Sequence record: SRR2962707_5588
Direction: 5' to 3' (one strand)
Length of the DNA stretch: 32,625 nucleotides
Notes under the pieces: generated by a model
What the model was told of the DNA's origin: nothing
Seen by the model: only the letters and a program-made list of their open reading frames with translations
The model's database searches: none
In this document: piece by piece, positions 8,901 to 18,926 of the stretch
How the letters are laid out: the number at the start of each line of letters is the position of its first letter
Position numbering within the stretch: position 1 is the stretch's first letter
Made by a program: the position numbers and the translations under genes

Positions 8901-10184
8901 TCATCTCAGCCCATAGTGCAACTTCAAGACCGCCTCACGTTTCTGCTCCATTGAACTGCCACCAGAATACACCCCGTAACTCATGGTTTTCTTCTGGTGC
9001 CCCAAGATATCCGCTGCGACACCCTCGGGTACAGCAGCTTGTTCCATCATAGTCGCAACAGTCTGGCGCAATCCATGGAACGTATAGCGACCGTCATAAC
9101 CCAGCTTCGACTTAACCTTGCCAAACTGCTTCGACATGGCCGGTGACCTTGCCCCGTACTTATTCGGGACCAAGTCGGACAACAGGTAGTGGTCACTCTT
9201 CGCCAAAAGGTCTCTGATCAACGGTTTGATCGCGTCGTGAACAGGGATCGTTCGGTTGACCGCAGTGGTCTTGGCGCGGGTGATCGTAATGGTGTGTTCG
9301 GTCACATCAGCGCTTTCGAGGGACGCGAGTTCCTCGATCCGGCAACCCGTGTAGATCGTCAACAAAAAGATCGCCCGCATCGTGTCGCTACGTCCACCGT
9401 CGATTGCTTTGTGTAGCTTACGGATATCCTCAGAGGTATACTCAAGGCGTTGCTTGGCGGCGGCTTCCTTCCTGTTCTCGGCGGGCAAAGTCACCTTTGA
9501 GAATGGGTTGGGCTGGTACTCGGGCGCATATCCACGATCTGCAAGCCAGTCCCAGTACACGCGATTCGTCATAAGATTATCCCGGATCGTCCGCGACTTG
9601 AGACCTTCATCGGTCGATAAGGCGGCAACGAAGTCTTTCACTGCCCTCTTGTCCACATCTTGGATCGTAGCGACCTGTTTGGCAAACTTGGCAACCGCGT
9701 GGCGATCCTTCGCTTCGGTCTTAGGTTCAACCCGGCGGCTCTTGGTGTATCCTTCAAGCGGGCCGTCAAATAACACCTGTTTCCCGGTGGTGACCTTGTA
9801 GGCCTACCGCACTTTTTCAAGTGCAAGGGTCGGTAGGTCTTCAACCTGCTGCACACAGTAAGTCTTCAAAAGCGTATCGAGGGCCTCTTCCTCAACAGCT
9901 TCGATTGCGACGATATCAACACGTCCGCTCTTTCTCGCATCCCTCAGGTGTTCTTGGGTATGCTTGAGGTAGTCGTCGAGGTGCTGGGTCGGGGTTCCCC
10001 TTGCCTCAGCAATGGCATCCTTGAAGCCCGCGATGATTGGCCCGGATCGTGTGATTGCGTCGATCTTGTTTGACGTCTTAAGAGACTTTTTGAATGCCCG
10101 CTTGCCAAAGATGTGCTGGACATCTGCAGGAATGGCGACTTTCGCATAACACATGCTACCTTGCTGAATGAGGTGGTGAGACAT
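8901..10184 (-). pseudogene. Tyrosine recombinase/integrase (DUF6538-like N-terminus) interrupted by an in-frame TAG at 9804-9806
   Basis: ORFs 9804..10193 and 8901..9776 share a frame (…GTG CGG TAG GCC TAC…); catalytic motifs TGCRIEEL, AKT, FHGLR, LGH and VYS are intact. Confidence 0.85.
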
Positions 10185-10283
10185 CGCGACCAACCTTGAT
10201 TATACCTAATTTTGTACCTCGCACTGAGGTATCAAGTTAACAAAATCAATAGGATAAGGCAGTTCACATTGAGAAACACCCCG

Positions 10284-10300
10284 TCCCCTACGGGCTGCCA
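10284..10300 (+). other. att core: duplicated 3' end of tRNA-Glu (TCCCCTACGGGCTGCCA)
   Basis: Ends in CCA; matches my recollection of the Rhodobacterales tRNA-Glu(TTC) 3' end GGTTCGACTCCCCTACGGGCTGCCA; lies 100 bp upstream of the integrase; no 5' tRNA part present. Confidence 0.75.
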
Positions 10301-11015
10301 CTTTTCCTCTAAAATCTTAGTCAAAGCATTTAGGCACCGACAGATGCGGGGGTCTGTATCTCGCCGCAAATCAAATAATCGCTCTTTCAGAAAAGTGCTG
10401 TACGCTTGAGGTGAAACTCAGGAGTATTGCGGCCGTGTAACCCACGCTTCCAAAAATTGCGAAGCTCTATCTGATTTCTTCTGAACCAGTCTATCAGATC
10501 GCACATGATTATGAGTCTCAGCGTGGCGTACATATGACCGATCTTGCCGGGCGTCACGTCTTTTGTGGAAAATGGCTGCCCTTCCTGAACACGTATAGAA
10601 CTATGTGCGTAGCTCCCGAGGCTGAATTTCGGCAGCTCCTTCAGGACATCCGAACCCTCGATTTCGCCGCATAGCGGCCGTTCGTGATCGGCGCGGCGAA
10701 CGACGACTCTGAGCCCAATGTGTGAATTCGTTTTTACGCACCGTGCACGCGCAGCGCGTAAATTTGTGCAACTACGCAATCTTCTATCCCACGCATGCGA
10801 CGCAAAAACCGGTCGTTCAATCAAACTGCAGCCAAGACAAAATGTTCGGGCTTCAGCACCTAAATTGTCGATGATCGGTCGATGTCTTTCGTCATATCAG
10901 TAGAGGGGAGATTTCGCATGATAGACCACGTGTATCCGAGATTACAGTCTGACTCGCTAGCTCATTAACAGCAAAGGTTTGCGGAACATACGGTATGGTC
11001 ATCAGAACATCACCG

Positions 11016-11459
11016 CTATCCCTCAAAGCTCGCCTCTAGGGCCTCAAACCCACCAACGAATACATCGTTTTCGACAAACTGATGCCAATGTTCTGTTTGG
11101 CCGTCCCCAGCCTCAAACTCTGCCCACCACTGCGCGAATGTCTCACCGGTTGTCGTGATTTCACAAAACTTCATTATCGCGATGTAGTTGACGAATGGCA
11201 GCGGCCCACCACCCAGCATGTCATAGGTCAATGTACGCTCGGGATTGGAAATCGACAGCAGGGTTTCGCGAATGCGACCTGACCCATCGGTCAGTGCAAA
11301 ATTGCGCACACAACCGACTTGGCCGTTTGCGTGGCCGTCTTCAATTTTGCTGTCGGTCGCTGCGGGGTGCCAGTTCGGTAAACCATTGAAATCACGTACG
11401 CGTTCCCAAACACGGTCGACGGGGACGGCGATGATTGTAGATGAATACGCTTTGATCAT
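11016..11459 (-). CDS. SRPBCC/polyketide cyclase-dehydrase family protein
   Basis: IIAVPVDRVWERVRDFNGLPNWHP...VGCVR...IRETLL signature. Confidence 0.9.
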   Translation of the reverse strand: MIKAYSSTIIAVPVDRVWERVRDFNGLPNWHPAATDSKIEDGHANGQVGCVRNFALTDGSGRIRETLLSISNPERTLTYDMLGGGPLPFVNYIAIMKFCEITTTGETFAQWWAEFEAGDGQTEHWHQFVENDVFVGGFEALEASFEG

Positions 11460-11470
11460 GACAAAACCTT

Positions 11471-12319
11471 CTATCCTTTCAATGCGCCGGGGCGCAGTTT
11501 TCCAAATGCCGCGGTTTGTGCGATAATAGCACGTTCGGTCGGCAAACGTTCCATCGAAGACGCGCCATAAAACCCGTGACAATCAGGGCAAAGTTCAAGA
11601 AACTTTTGTACATCTTCGGGTTCGGCTAACGGTCCGCCGTGGCAGATGAAGATCAGATCGTCCCGTTCAGCGCGCGCAGCGGCGGTCCATTCATCAAAAA
11701 GATGCGCACATTCGGCAATATCGGGCGCACTGTCCACGGCCCCGATGGACCCACCCGTGGTCAAGCCAAAATGGGCGACGATCACATCCGCGCCCGCTTG
11801 CGCCATATCAGCGGCGTTTTGCGCGTTGAACACATATGGCGTGGTCAATAGATCGCGTTCGCGGGCTTTGGCGATCGTTTCAACTTCCATCGCGTAAGAC
11901 ATGCCGGTCGCCTCTAGTTCTTGGCGAAACCGTCCGTCAATTATACCGACAGTCGGGAAGTTTTGGATACCTGCAAAGCCCATCGCGGCCAGCTCATCGA
12001 GGAATTTATCCATAATGCAAAACGGGTCCGTCGCGTTCACGCCTGCCAGAACGGGCACGTTTTTGACGACAGGAAGGACCTCGCGGCCCATGTCCACGAC
12101 GATTTCGTTGGCATTCCCGTACGACATATAACCTGCCAGCGACCCACGGCCAGCCATTCGGTAGCGGCCCGAATTGTAGATGACCATCAAGTCAACGCCG
12201 CCCGCTTCTTCGCATTTTGCCGATAACCCCGTGCCTGCTCCGCCACCAATGATGATCTGTCCTGCCGCGATTTTTGTGCGCAATCGTTTTAGTATTTCTT
12301 CCCGTCCGACCATTGCCAT
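11471..12319 (-). CDS. TIM-barrel protein, PEP-hydrolase-like / TIM-barrel signal transduction family
   Basis: [48 protein letters not shown] and [12 protein letters not shown] motifs. Confidence 0.9.
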   Translation of the reverse strand: MAMVGREEILKRLRTKIAAGQIIIGGGAGTGLSAKCEEAGGVDLMVIYNSGRYRMAGRGSLAGYMSYGNANEIVVDMGREVLPVVKNVPVLAGVNATDPFCIMDKFLDELAAMGFAGIQNFPTVGIIDGRFRQELEATGMSYAMEVETIAKARERDLLTTPYVFNAQNAADMAQAGADVIVAHFGLTTGGSIGAVDSAPDIAECAHLFDEWTAAARAERDDLIFICHGGPLAEPEDVQKFLELCPDCHGFYGASSMERLPTERAIIAQTAAFGKLRPGALKG

Positions 12320-12320
12320 T

Positions 12321-13532
12321 CTATTTGCCCTCACTTTCGTATATTTCATTAAACTGCGTGACCGCGGCTTGTGCAAAGGCGGGGTCATTGATGTGCATGT
12401 CCAGCTCAACCAACTGACGATTTTGCGTTTGCTGCACTGTGTCGCGCAACGCACTAAACAACGCATCAGACGCTGCCGGATCGTGAAACGGACCGCCTGC
12501 GATATCCAGCGCTGACACCCCGCGCAAGGGCAACAAGAACCGAACCGAACCGTCGCATTTGTTAAGCTTTTCGCCAATCCAGACACCGATCCGCGTACTT
12601 TCTTCTGGCGTGGCGCGCATCAACGTCACTTGGGCATTGTGATAATACAAGGACCGGTCTTTGAATTGCGTTGGTACAGATTCAGGACCCCAGAAATTAG
12701 CCATATCCAGCGCGCCACACGACCCAACATAGGGCAGTTTGCTGCGCGCGATACTGTCCAGACGCTCTTCGCCCGCGCTTAGGAAACCGCCCGCGATCAG
12801 ATCGCAAATTTCGGTCGTGGTTATGTCCAGAACACCAGCGACATCGCCCTGATCGATCAATTGTTCCATCGCGCGTCCACCGCTGCCAGTGGCGTGAAAC
12901 ACCAAGCAATCGAAATCGTTTTCCAAAAGTGCGGTGATTGCTTGCACGGCTGTTGTCGTCACGCCGAACATCGACAACACAACTGCGGGCGCGTCGTCTT
13001 TTACGTGTGGAACTGTATTGTTCATCATCCCTGCTAGCGCGTGGGCGGCATTGCCAAGCAGTTTGCGCGACAAGCGGTTCAAACCAGACACATCCGTGAC
13101 GGGATGGAACATATTCACATCCGACGCCCCGACATAGGCAGACACGTCACCAGACGCCAATGTCGACACCAGCACCTTTGGCACCCCAATCGGCAAGGCC
13201 TGCATGGCAGGTGCGATGATCCCAGATCCGCCAGATCCGCCAAGCCCGATGATGCCGCCAATGTCGCTGCGACCAGACACAAATGCGGTCAACGCGCACG
13301 ACATTTCGACAACGGCCTGCCCACGGTCGTTCACAAACACCGCCGCCGGGCCGTCGGGGTGACAGGCCGCAACCGTTGCGGCGGTGACGTCAACGCGGTC
13401 TTCGCCCCCTTTGGTGCCAACGTTTACCAGAACTGTGTCCAGCCCCGTCTTGGCAATAAGGTCGCGCACATATCGCAATTCAGCGGCTTTCGTATCGGCC
13501 GTGCCGACTATGTATGCCTTTTTAACCATCAC
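12321..13532 (-). CDS. Tm-1-like ATP-binding protein (UPF0261)
   Basis: [55 protein letters not shown] and HINDP motifs. Confidence 0.9.
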   Translation of the reverse strand: MMVKKAYIVGTADTKAAELRYVRDLIAKTGLDTVLVNVGTKGGEDRVDVTAATVAACHPDGPAAVFVNDRGQAVVEMSCALTAFVSGRSDIGGIIGLGGSGGSGIIAPAMQALPIGVPKVLVSTLASGDVSAYVGASDVNMFHPVTDVSGLNRLSRKLLGNAAHALAGMMNNTVPHVKDDAPAVVLSMFGVTTTAVQAITALLENDFDCLVFHATGSGGRAMEQLIDQGDVAGVLDITTTEICDLIAGGFLSAGEERLDSIARSKLPYVGSCGALDMANFWGPESVPTQFKDRSLYYHNAQVTLMRATPEESTRIGVWIGEKLNKCDGSVRFLLPLRGVSALDIAGGPFHDPAASDALFSALRDTVQQTQNRQLVELDMHINDPAFAQAAVTQFNEIYESEGK

Positions 13533-13541
13533 GCGTACTCC

Positions 13542-14261
13542 CTAAATTTTCTGACCGGGCTCAAGGCCCAAGTGACGTTTCTGCATGGCTTGATCTTGCT
13601 TAAGGGCTTGTGCCGTCATCGTCTCGACAATCTCACCGCCGACCATGATTGCCACATCATCCACCGCTGACAGCGCCGCATGTAGGTTTTGCTCGACCAC
13701 CAGAACACCAATGCCTTCGGACGCAATATTACGGATCAGGTTGACAACATCCGTCACGATTGCAGGTGCCAAGCCTTCGGTGGGTTCATCCAGCAGCATC
13801 AAACGTGGGTTTAGTAACAAAGCCCGCCCGATGGCGAGCATTTGCTGCTCTCCGCCAGATAAACGATCGCCCAGATTTTTGCGCCGTTCCAGTAGGCGTG
13901 GGAACGTTTCATAGATACGCTCAATCGACCAATCGCCACCTTTGCAGGCGGCGATTTTCAAATGTTCTTCCACGGTAAGCGAGCGGAAAATACGCCGTCC
14001 TTGTGGGACATACCCAATACCAGCCTGCGCACGTTTTTCCACGGAAAGCCCCGTGATATCATGGCCCATAAACCGGATGGTTCCGGCTGAATTGGGGTGT
14101 AGCCCCATGATGGCCTGACACAAACTGGTTTTGCCCATTCCGTTGCGCCCCAGCATCCCCATGGGGCGATCGCCGAGGGTCAGGGCCACATCATGCAACA
14201 CATGACTGGAACCATAGTGCAAATGCAGCCCGTCAATTTCCAGCAAAGCCTCAGTCATCAC
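13542..14261 (-). CDS. ABC transporter ATP-binding protein, LivF-like
   Basis: GRNGMGKT, LSGGEQQ, LLDEPTEGLAP. Confidence 0.95.
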   Translation of the reverse strand: MMTEALLEIDGLHLHYGSSHVLHDVALTLGDRPMGMLGRNGMGKTSLCQAIMGLHPNSAGTIRFMGHDITGLSVEKRAQAGIGYVPQGRRIFRSLTVEEHLKIAACKGGDWSIERIYETFPRLLERRKNLGDRLSGGEQQMLAIGRALLLNPRLMLLDEPTEGLAPAIVTDVVNLIRNIASEGIGVLVVEQNLHAALSAVDDVAIMVGGEIVETMTAQALKQDQAMQKRHLGLEPGQKI

Positions 14262-15024
14262 GGGCCCCTCCGATATAGACGCGGTGTACGTCTTCGTTGC
14301 TCATGATCGCATCGGGGGAGCCTTCGGCAAGCAGTTCTCCGTTAAATAAAACCGACACGCTTTCAGACGTCTGCAAGGCGATGTCCATATCGTGTTCGAT
14401 TAGCACGACAGTCACGTCCTTGGGCAATGACATTAAGAGTTCGCTCAGTTTCGGGCGTTCTGCCGGGGACAGACCCGCGGCTGGCTCATCCAGCAACAAC
14501 ACCTTTGGGTTTTCCGCAAGCGCAATCCCGATCTCAAGCTGGCGACGCTGCCCGTGGCTTAACTCGGACACGTTTCTGTCCAAAAATTCAGCAACGCCGG
14601 CGACTTCGGCCAATCTTTCGGCTTCTGATCGCCGGGCATCACCCACCTTGAGCGGTAGAACCTGCCGCCAGCCGCCGCGCACCCCGGCGACCGCTAAGAA
14701 TAGCGTGTCGCGCACCGTTAAACCCTCAAATAAGTTTGCGTGCTGGTAGGTACGGCGCAGGCCGAGTTGAATACGTTTGTGGATCGACAGTTTGGTGATG
14801 TCTGTCCCAAACATTTTGATCGATCCGGTCGTTGCGTCGGTGTCGCCCGTCAATACATTGAACAGACTAGTTTTGCCTGCTCCGTTCGGGCCAAGGATCG
14901 CACGTCTTTCGCCGGGCTGGACCGTCAGGTTGATATCCTGAACGGCCCAAAACCCGCCAAAGCGTTTGCCAATGCCCCGGATCTCCAGGGCATTGGTCGT
15001 GTTATGTGTGTCGCTTACGGGCAA
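14251..15024 (-). CDS. ABC transporter ATP-binding protein, LivG-like (start uncertain)
   Basis: GPNGAGKT, LSHGQRR, LLLDEPAAG, IEHDMD. Confidence 0.92.
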   Translation of the reverse strand: MPVSDTHNTTNALEIRGIGKRFGGFWAVQDINLTVQPGERRAILGPNGAGKTSLFNVLTGDTDATTGSIKMFGTDITKLSIHKRIQLGLRRTYQHANLFEGLTVRDTLFLAVAGVRGGWRQVLPLKVGDARRSEAERLAEVAGVAEFLDRNVSELSHGQRRQLEIGIALAENPKVLLLDEPAAGLSPAERPKLSELLMSLPKDVTVVLIEHDMDIALQTSESVSVLFNGELLAEGSPDAIMSNEDVHRVYIGGARDD

Positions 15025-16253
15025 GATGGGTTGTCCCGGCTGACTGGACCTGCGGCCAAGAACACGTCGAGGTCCTGGCCCAAAGTCTGGTTCACATCGC
15101 GCACAACCCTAATCACGCGGTTGCCCAATGTGCCGTCTTCACGCTCGAACACTTCGGTCACGAAGTTGTCGACGATGCCGTTGCGGTTTTCATCCAGACG
15201 CATCGTGCCACCACTTGGCACGGTGAATTCCAGACTGGAGAGGGACGCACGCAAGGCGGTGTGATCGTTGCTTAGATCGCCATCAACTTCGTCCAACGCC
15301 AGCAAAATCGCCGTTGCGCCCATGTAGTAATGGTGCGCAAAGATAGACGGTGACGAAAACCCTTCGGGGAAGTTCGTCGTGTACCCTTCGACAAAGGCTT
15401 GCCATTCGACGCCGTCATAATCGCTGACGGTTGGCGTGCCAGCAGGCGCACCGATCAACAGGTCTTTGAATGGGCCATTGGCCTCAAGGATGGATTGGTC
15501 AATCGTGACAGACCCGCCAATGATTGGCTTGTCGCCGCCCGCCTGGTCATACTGCGTCAGAAAGTTGACCGCGTCGGACCCGCCAAGAGCCACAAAAATC
15601 GCGTCCACATCATCTGGGATCGAATAGACGACAGACGAATAATCTGCGTTGCCAATCGGCGTCCAGAATTTCTCAGGCACCGTTCCGCCAGCGGCGCAGA
15701 ATTCGGACATAAACCCAAGGACCTGCGTATAGGGGAAGGAATAGTCTTCGGCGACGATGGCCACAGTTTCGTACCCAAGTTCGTTGAACGCATAGCTACC
15801 GACGCCAACCATCCATTGTGCGCCATCTCCGCCAAAGCGGAAAAAGTTATCCGAAGGTTCACGCAGTGTTGTGTCTTGTGCGGCGGATGATCCGTTGATG
15901 AACGTGACACCGGGATAAGACTTGGACAAATCGCGCAGGGCGAGGCCTTCGGATCCACTAAGAGGGCCGAGAATAATATCAACCCCGTCCTGTTCGATCA
16001 GTTTGCGTGCGGCGTTTACGGCGGTGTCGGGGCTGCCGTCGGATGACATTGTGATCAACACGATGTCGTTGCCGTCAACCGCGCCGCCTGCTTCAAGGAT
16101 CGCAAGTTCCGCACCACGAATGGCGTCCGTGCCCGATACGGCAAAGTTGCCTTCGAGAATGGAAATCAGCCCGATCTTGATATCTTCGGCGCTGGCTGTA
16201 CCGGCTGCGGCGCTTAATGCAAGCACCGATACGGCGAGTTTCAGTCTATTCAT
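15015..16253 (-). CDS. ABC transporter substrate-binding protein (HAAT/Liv family)
   Basis: Signal peptide; IKIGLI, ILGPLSGS and AEDYSFPY motifs; GGAGG RBS. Confidence 0.93.
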   Translation of the reverse strand: MNRLKLAVSVLALSAAAGTASAEDIKIGLISILEGNFAVSGTDAIRGAELAILEAGGAVDGNDIVLITMSSDGSPDTAVNAARKLIEQDGVDIILGPLSGSEGLALRDLSKSYPGVTFINGSSAAQDTTLREPSDNFFRFGGDGAQWMVGVGSYAFNELGYETVAIVAEDYSFPYTQVLGFMSEFCAAGGTVPEKFWTPIGNADYSSVVYSIPDDVDAIFVALGGSDAVNFLTQYDQAGGDKPIIGGSVTIDQSILEANGPFKDLLIGAPAGTPTVSDYDGVEWQAFVEGYTTNFPEGFSSPSIFAHHYYMGATAILLALDEVDGDLSNDHTALRASLSSLEFTVPSGGTMRLDENRNGIVDNFVTEVFEREDGTLGNRVIRVVRDVNQTLGQDLDVFLAAGPVSRDNPSCP

Positions 16254-16273
16254 TTTAGTTCCTCCCTTTGAGT

Positions 16274-17233
16274 TTAGTTGGTCTTCGTGGTTTTGGGCCG
16301 CAGGCGCGCAATCGCGTCGACGGCCAATTGATGCAGCCCATTGGGGCCCACGATAATGATCAAAAGCAACACGGACCCGATCAGCGTGTTGAAGCGTTCG
16401 CGATCAATCAGATCGATGGCAAACGTGTCGAGCAGGACAAATACAAGCGCGCCAATGAAGGCCCCGCTGGGGTGTTTCAGCCCGCCGATGACGGCGATGA
16501 TCAAGATGTCGACGATGGGGCCCAGCCCAACTGAAAACGACGAAATGCGTTCCTGAAACCACACGTTCAAAATGCCACCCGTTCCGGCGATAAACCCCGA
16601 AAACGCAAAGGCGGCGACAATGGGGGTGGTGGTCGGAATGCCCAAGGCAAGCAGGCGTTGTGGCGCATCGCGCACCGCCTGAATGGCCAATCCCATGGGC
16701 GAGCGCACGAAGCCAGCAACAAGTATCATCGCAAGCGCGGAGACCGATAACGTCAACCAATACATGATCATGGGTTCGCGCAGGTTGCGGCCTGCGACAT
16801 CCGGCGCACGCACCCCTGAAAATCCGGTCCAGCCGTTAAAGACCATGTAGTTTTGGCGCGTGAAGTAAAAGAACGCGACCCCCACCGCGAGGGTGATCAT
16901 GATCGCATAAATCCCGCGCGACCGCCGTGCCACCAACCCAAGGCCCGCCCCCGCCAACGTGGACGCGATCAACGCCATGGGGATGATGACGAAAAATGGC
17001 AATTCAATACCAACCGCGACCGTATTGGGCCCGAAATAGGCAATCGCATAGCCTGCAACACCCGCAAGGGACGCTTGCGCAAAAGACACAACGCCAAGGT
17101 ACGCGGCCAGAAAGCTAAGGCTAAGAGCAATGATGCCGAGGATCAGCGCACGGGTCACAACCTGCATCAGCCAGAAATCATTCAAAAGCAGTGGCAAAAA
17201 CAAAAGGGGGACAAAGACGGCGAGTTTTATCAT
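16274..17233 (-). CDS. ABC transporter permease, LivM-like
   Basis: Multi-TM; GVVSFAQ, GIYAIMITLA, SPMGLAIQAVRD. Confidence 0.92.
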   Translation of the reverse strand: MIKLAVFVPLLFLPLLLNDFWLMQVVTRALILGIIALSLSFLAAYLGVVSFAQASLAGVAGYAIAYFGPNTVAVGIELPFFVIIPMALIASTLAGAGLGLVARRSRGIYAIMITLAVGVAFFYFTRQNYMVFNGWTGFSGVRAPDVAGRNLREPMIMYWLTLSVSALAMILVAGFVRSPMGLAIQAVRDAPQRLLALGIPTTTPIVAAFAFSGFIAGTGGILNVWFQERISSFSVGLGPIVDILIIAVIGGLKHPSGAFIGALVFVLLDTFAIDLIDRERFNTLIGSVLLLIIIVGPNGLHQLAVDAIARLRPKTTKTN

Positions 17234-18096
17234 CGCTCTGCCTTTCCCAGTAAACCCTGTGGGCGCACGGACAGCACAAACACCATGATCGCAAAAGTGA
17301 ACACGGCGCCGTAGGTTGGCGCATAGGCCAGCCCGTATTGTTCCGCCAACCCCACAAGGATTGCACCAAGGGCCGCGCCCCCGATGGACCCCATGCCACC
17401 CACAATCACGACGACCAAGGCGGACAGCAGAAATTGTAAATCCGTCCCCGGCGCAATCGACAGCGCACTTGCGGTAATCACGCCCGCCATGCCAGCCAGC
17501 ATCCCGCCAAGGGCAAACACCAGCACGAAAATGTAATTAATCGGATAGCCAAGGGCGCGCAGCATGTCCTGATCGTCCACCCCCGCACGGATCACCGCAC
17601 CAAGCCGCGTCTTTTGGATCAAGAGCCATAGCGCGATGCCCGTCACAACAGCAAAAGCGATCAACGCGAGCCGGATTTTCGCATATCCAACCCCAAGCCA
17701 TTCCAGTCGCGTGCCGCCTGATAAGGCATCGGGGAGCTGAACCTGATAGGTGACGCCGCCCCAATACCACAACATCAGATCGGCCATGATGATCGACACC
17801 GCAATTGAAGCGAGCGTTTGTCGCAACTCATCGCCCTGCATCCAGCCAAGAACGCCAAATTGGATGATTGCGCCAGCAAGCCCCGCCGCACAGCCACCGC
17901 CCAGAACGCCCAGCCACCAAATGCCCGTGACGTCCACAACGCTATAGCCCACATAGCCGCCCAGCATCAAAAGCGCGCCATGCGCCATGTTGACCGTGCG
18001 CATCAGCCCGAAAATCAGGCTGAAACCGCTGGCGGTCAAAAAATACAGTGCGGCTAACGTCAACCCATTCAGTGTGATGATGAAAAATAGCGTCAT
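17230..18096 (-). CDS. ABC transporter permease, LivH-like
   Basis: GFSLIFGLMRTVNMAHG, TRLGAVIRA, VVVIVGGMGS; GGAGG RBS before ATG 18096. Confidence 0.93.
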   Translation of the reverse strand: MTLFFIITLNGLTLAALYFLTASGFSLIFGLMRTVNMAHGALLMLGGYVGYSVVDVTGIWWLGVLGGGCAAGLAGAIIQFGVLGWMQGDELRQTLASIAVSIIMADLMLWYWGGVTYQVQLPDALSGGTRLEWLGVGYAKIRLALIAFAVVTGIALWLLIQKTRLGAVIRAGVDDQDMLRALGYPINYIFVLVFALGGMLAGMAGVITASALSIAPGTDLQFLLSALVVVIVGGMGSIGGAALGAILVGLAEQYGLAYAPTYGAVFTFAIMVFVLSVRPQGLLGKAER

Positions 18097-18165
18097 GATT
18101 CCTCCCATTGGTGCAATTAGACCCCATTTGGGCCGGTTTCCAAAGTGCGCTGAGTATTAGATGCG

Positions 18166-18267
18166 AAATAATTAATTATTTAATTACAATACCTTAACCA
18201 AGACTAGGTGCAGAGGTATATATGAAAATCAGAAATTTTCAGAAATTGTTTCCGCTAATCAGAATTT
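18166..18267. promoter_or_regulatory. Divergent control region with an AT palindrome and phased direct repeats
   Basis: Perfect palindrome AAATAATTAATTATTT (18166-18181); TCAGAAWTT at 18229, 18239 and 18259. Confidence 0.55.
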
Positions 18268-18284
18268 TGTTCCTATACAAGGCT

Positions 18285-18926
18285 ATGGAAAAACATACCC
18301 TTACGGCAGCAACGCGAACCGCACCCCCCCGGCACGACGTTGTCTTTTGCCCCAGTCTTTCGGGCCTGACGCCCGCGCAGGCGGATTTGGCCTTCGTCAT
18401 GCCGCGCATGGATCACAATCGCGCTGTGCGTGAGAACACGCGCCAAGGGGATTGGGCCGCCCTGCTGGCAAGTGATCCGTTCGGCTCCGAGGCCGCATTG
18501 CTGGCCCAACTGCGCGACGTCGGCTACCGTGGGGTCACAAACTGGCCATCGTCCATCCTATTGGATGGCGGATTGCGCCAAGCCATGTCGACAATCCCCG
18601 CGTCCCCCGAATTCGAATATGCATTCTTGGGGCGTGCACGCGACGCCGGACTTAAGACAATGGCGTTCTTTCGGTCCCTTGAACAAGCGCGCGCCGCATT
18701 ATCGGCGGGCCTGCACCACCTCGTTTTGCATCCCGGCCTGCTGGAAATTGATAGTGCTGAAACCGGGCAGCGCATTGCAGAATCGCTTACGCGTCTGGTG
18801 GACACGGTAAAAGGTGAAGCCCCCGACGCCACCATCTTTGCATATACATCAGATTGGCACGAAGAATTGTTACGGCTAAGCGCGTTACCGGTTCATGGCC
18901 TCATCTGGCTGGAAACCAACACATGA
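18285..18926 (+). CDS. Degenerate stand-alone TIM-barrel (PEP-hydrolase-like) protein
   Basis: ASDPF, GYRGVTNWPS and EYAFL...ARDAGLKT align by eye with the family core; the N-terminal GAG/NSGR motifs are missing. Confidence 0.7.
   Translation: MEKHTLTAATRTAPPRHDVVFCPSLSGLTPAQADLAFVMPRMDHNRAVRENTRQGDWAALLASDPFGSEAALLAQLRDVGYRGVTNWPSSILLDGGLRQAMSTIPASPEFEYAFLGRARDAGLKTMAFFRSLEQARAALSAGLHHLVLHPGLLEIDSAETGQRIAESLTRLVDTVKGEAPDATIFAYTSDWHEELLRLSALPVHGLIWLETNT

Larger units (their letters stand above)
1..10300. mobile_element. Right part of a tRNA-Glu-targeting integrative element (left end outside the window) with metal-resistance cargo
   Basis: Tyrosine integrase (8901-10184) next to a 17-bp tRNA 3'-end copy (10284-10300); phage-like gene at 31-684; metal-resistance genes in between. 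That the element extends past position 1 is inferred. Confidence 0.7.

Noticed and set aside
9804-9806. Programmed amber readthrough or pyrrolysine in the integrase
   Set aside because: No supporting machinery or signal is visible; a point nonsense mutation or sequencing error is simpler.
10230-10300. Complete tRNA gene
   Set aside because: Only the last 17 nt match; there is no T-loop GGTTCG and no upstream cloverleaf, so it is treated as an att copy.
10387-10824. 145-aa ORF on the minus strand
   Set aside because: No recognisable motif or RBS, and it runs through the junction-repeat cluster; at most a gene remnant.
18112-18130. Sigma54 -24/-12 promoter on the minus strand (TGGGGTCTAATTGCA)
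   Set aside because: GG-to-GC spacing is not 10 nt and the site is too close to the start codon.
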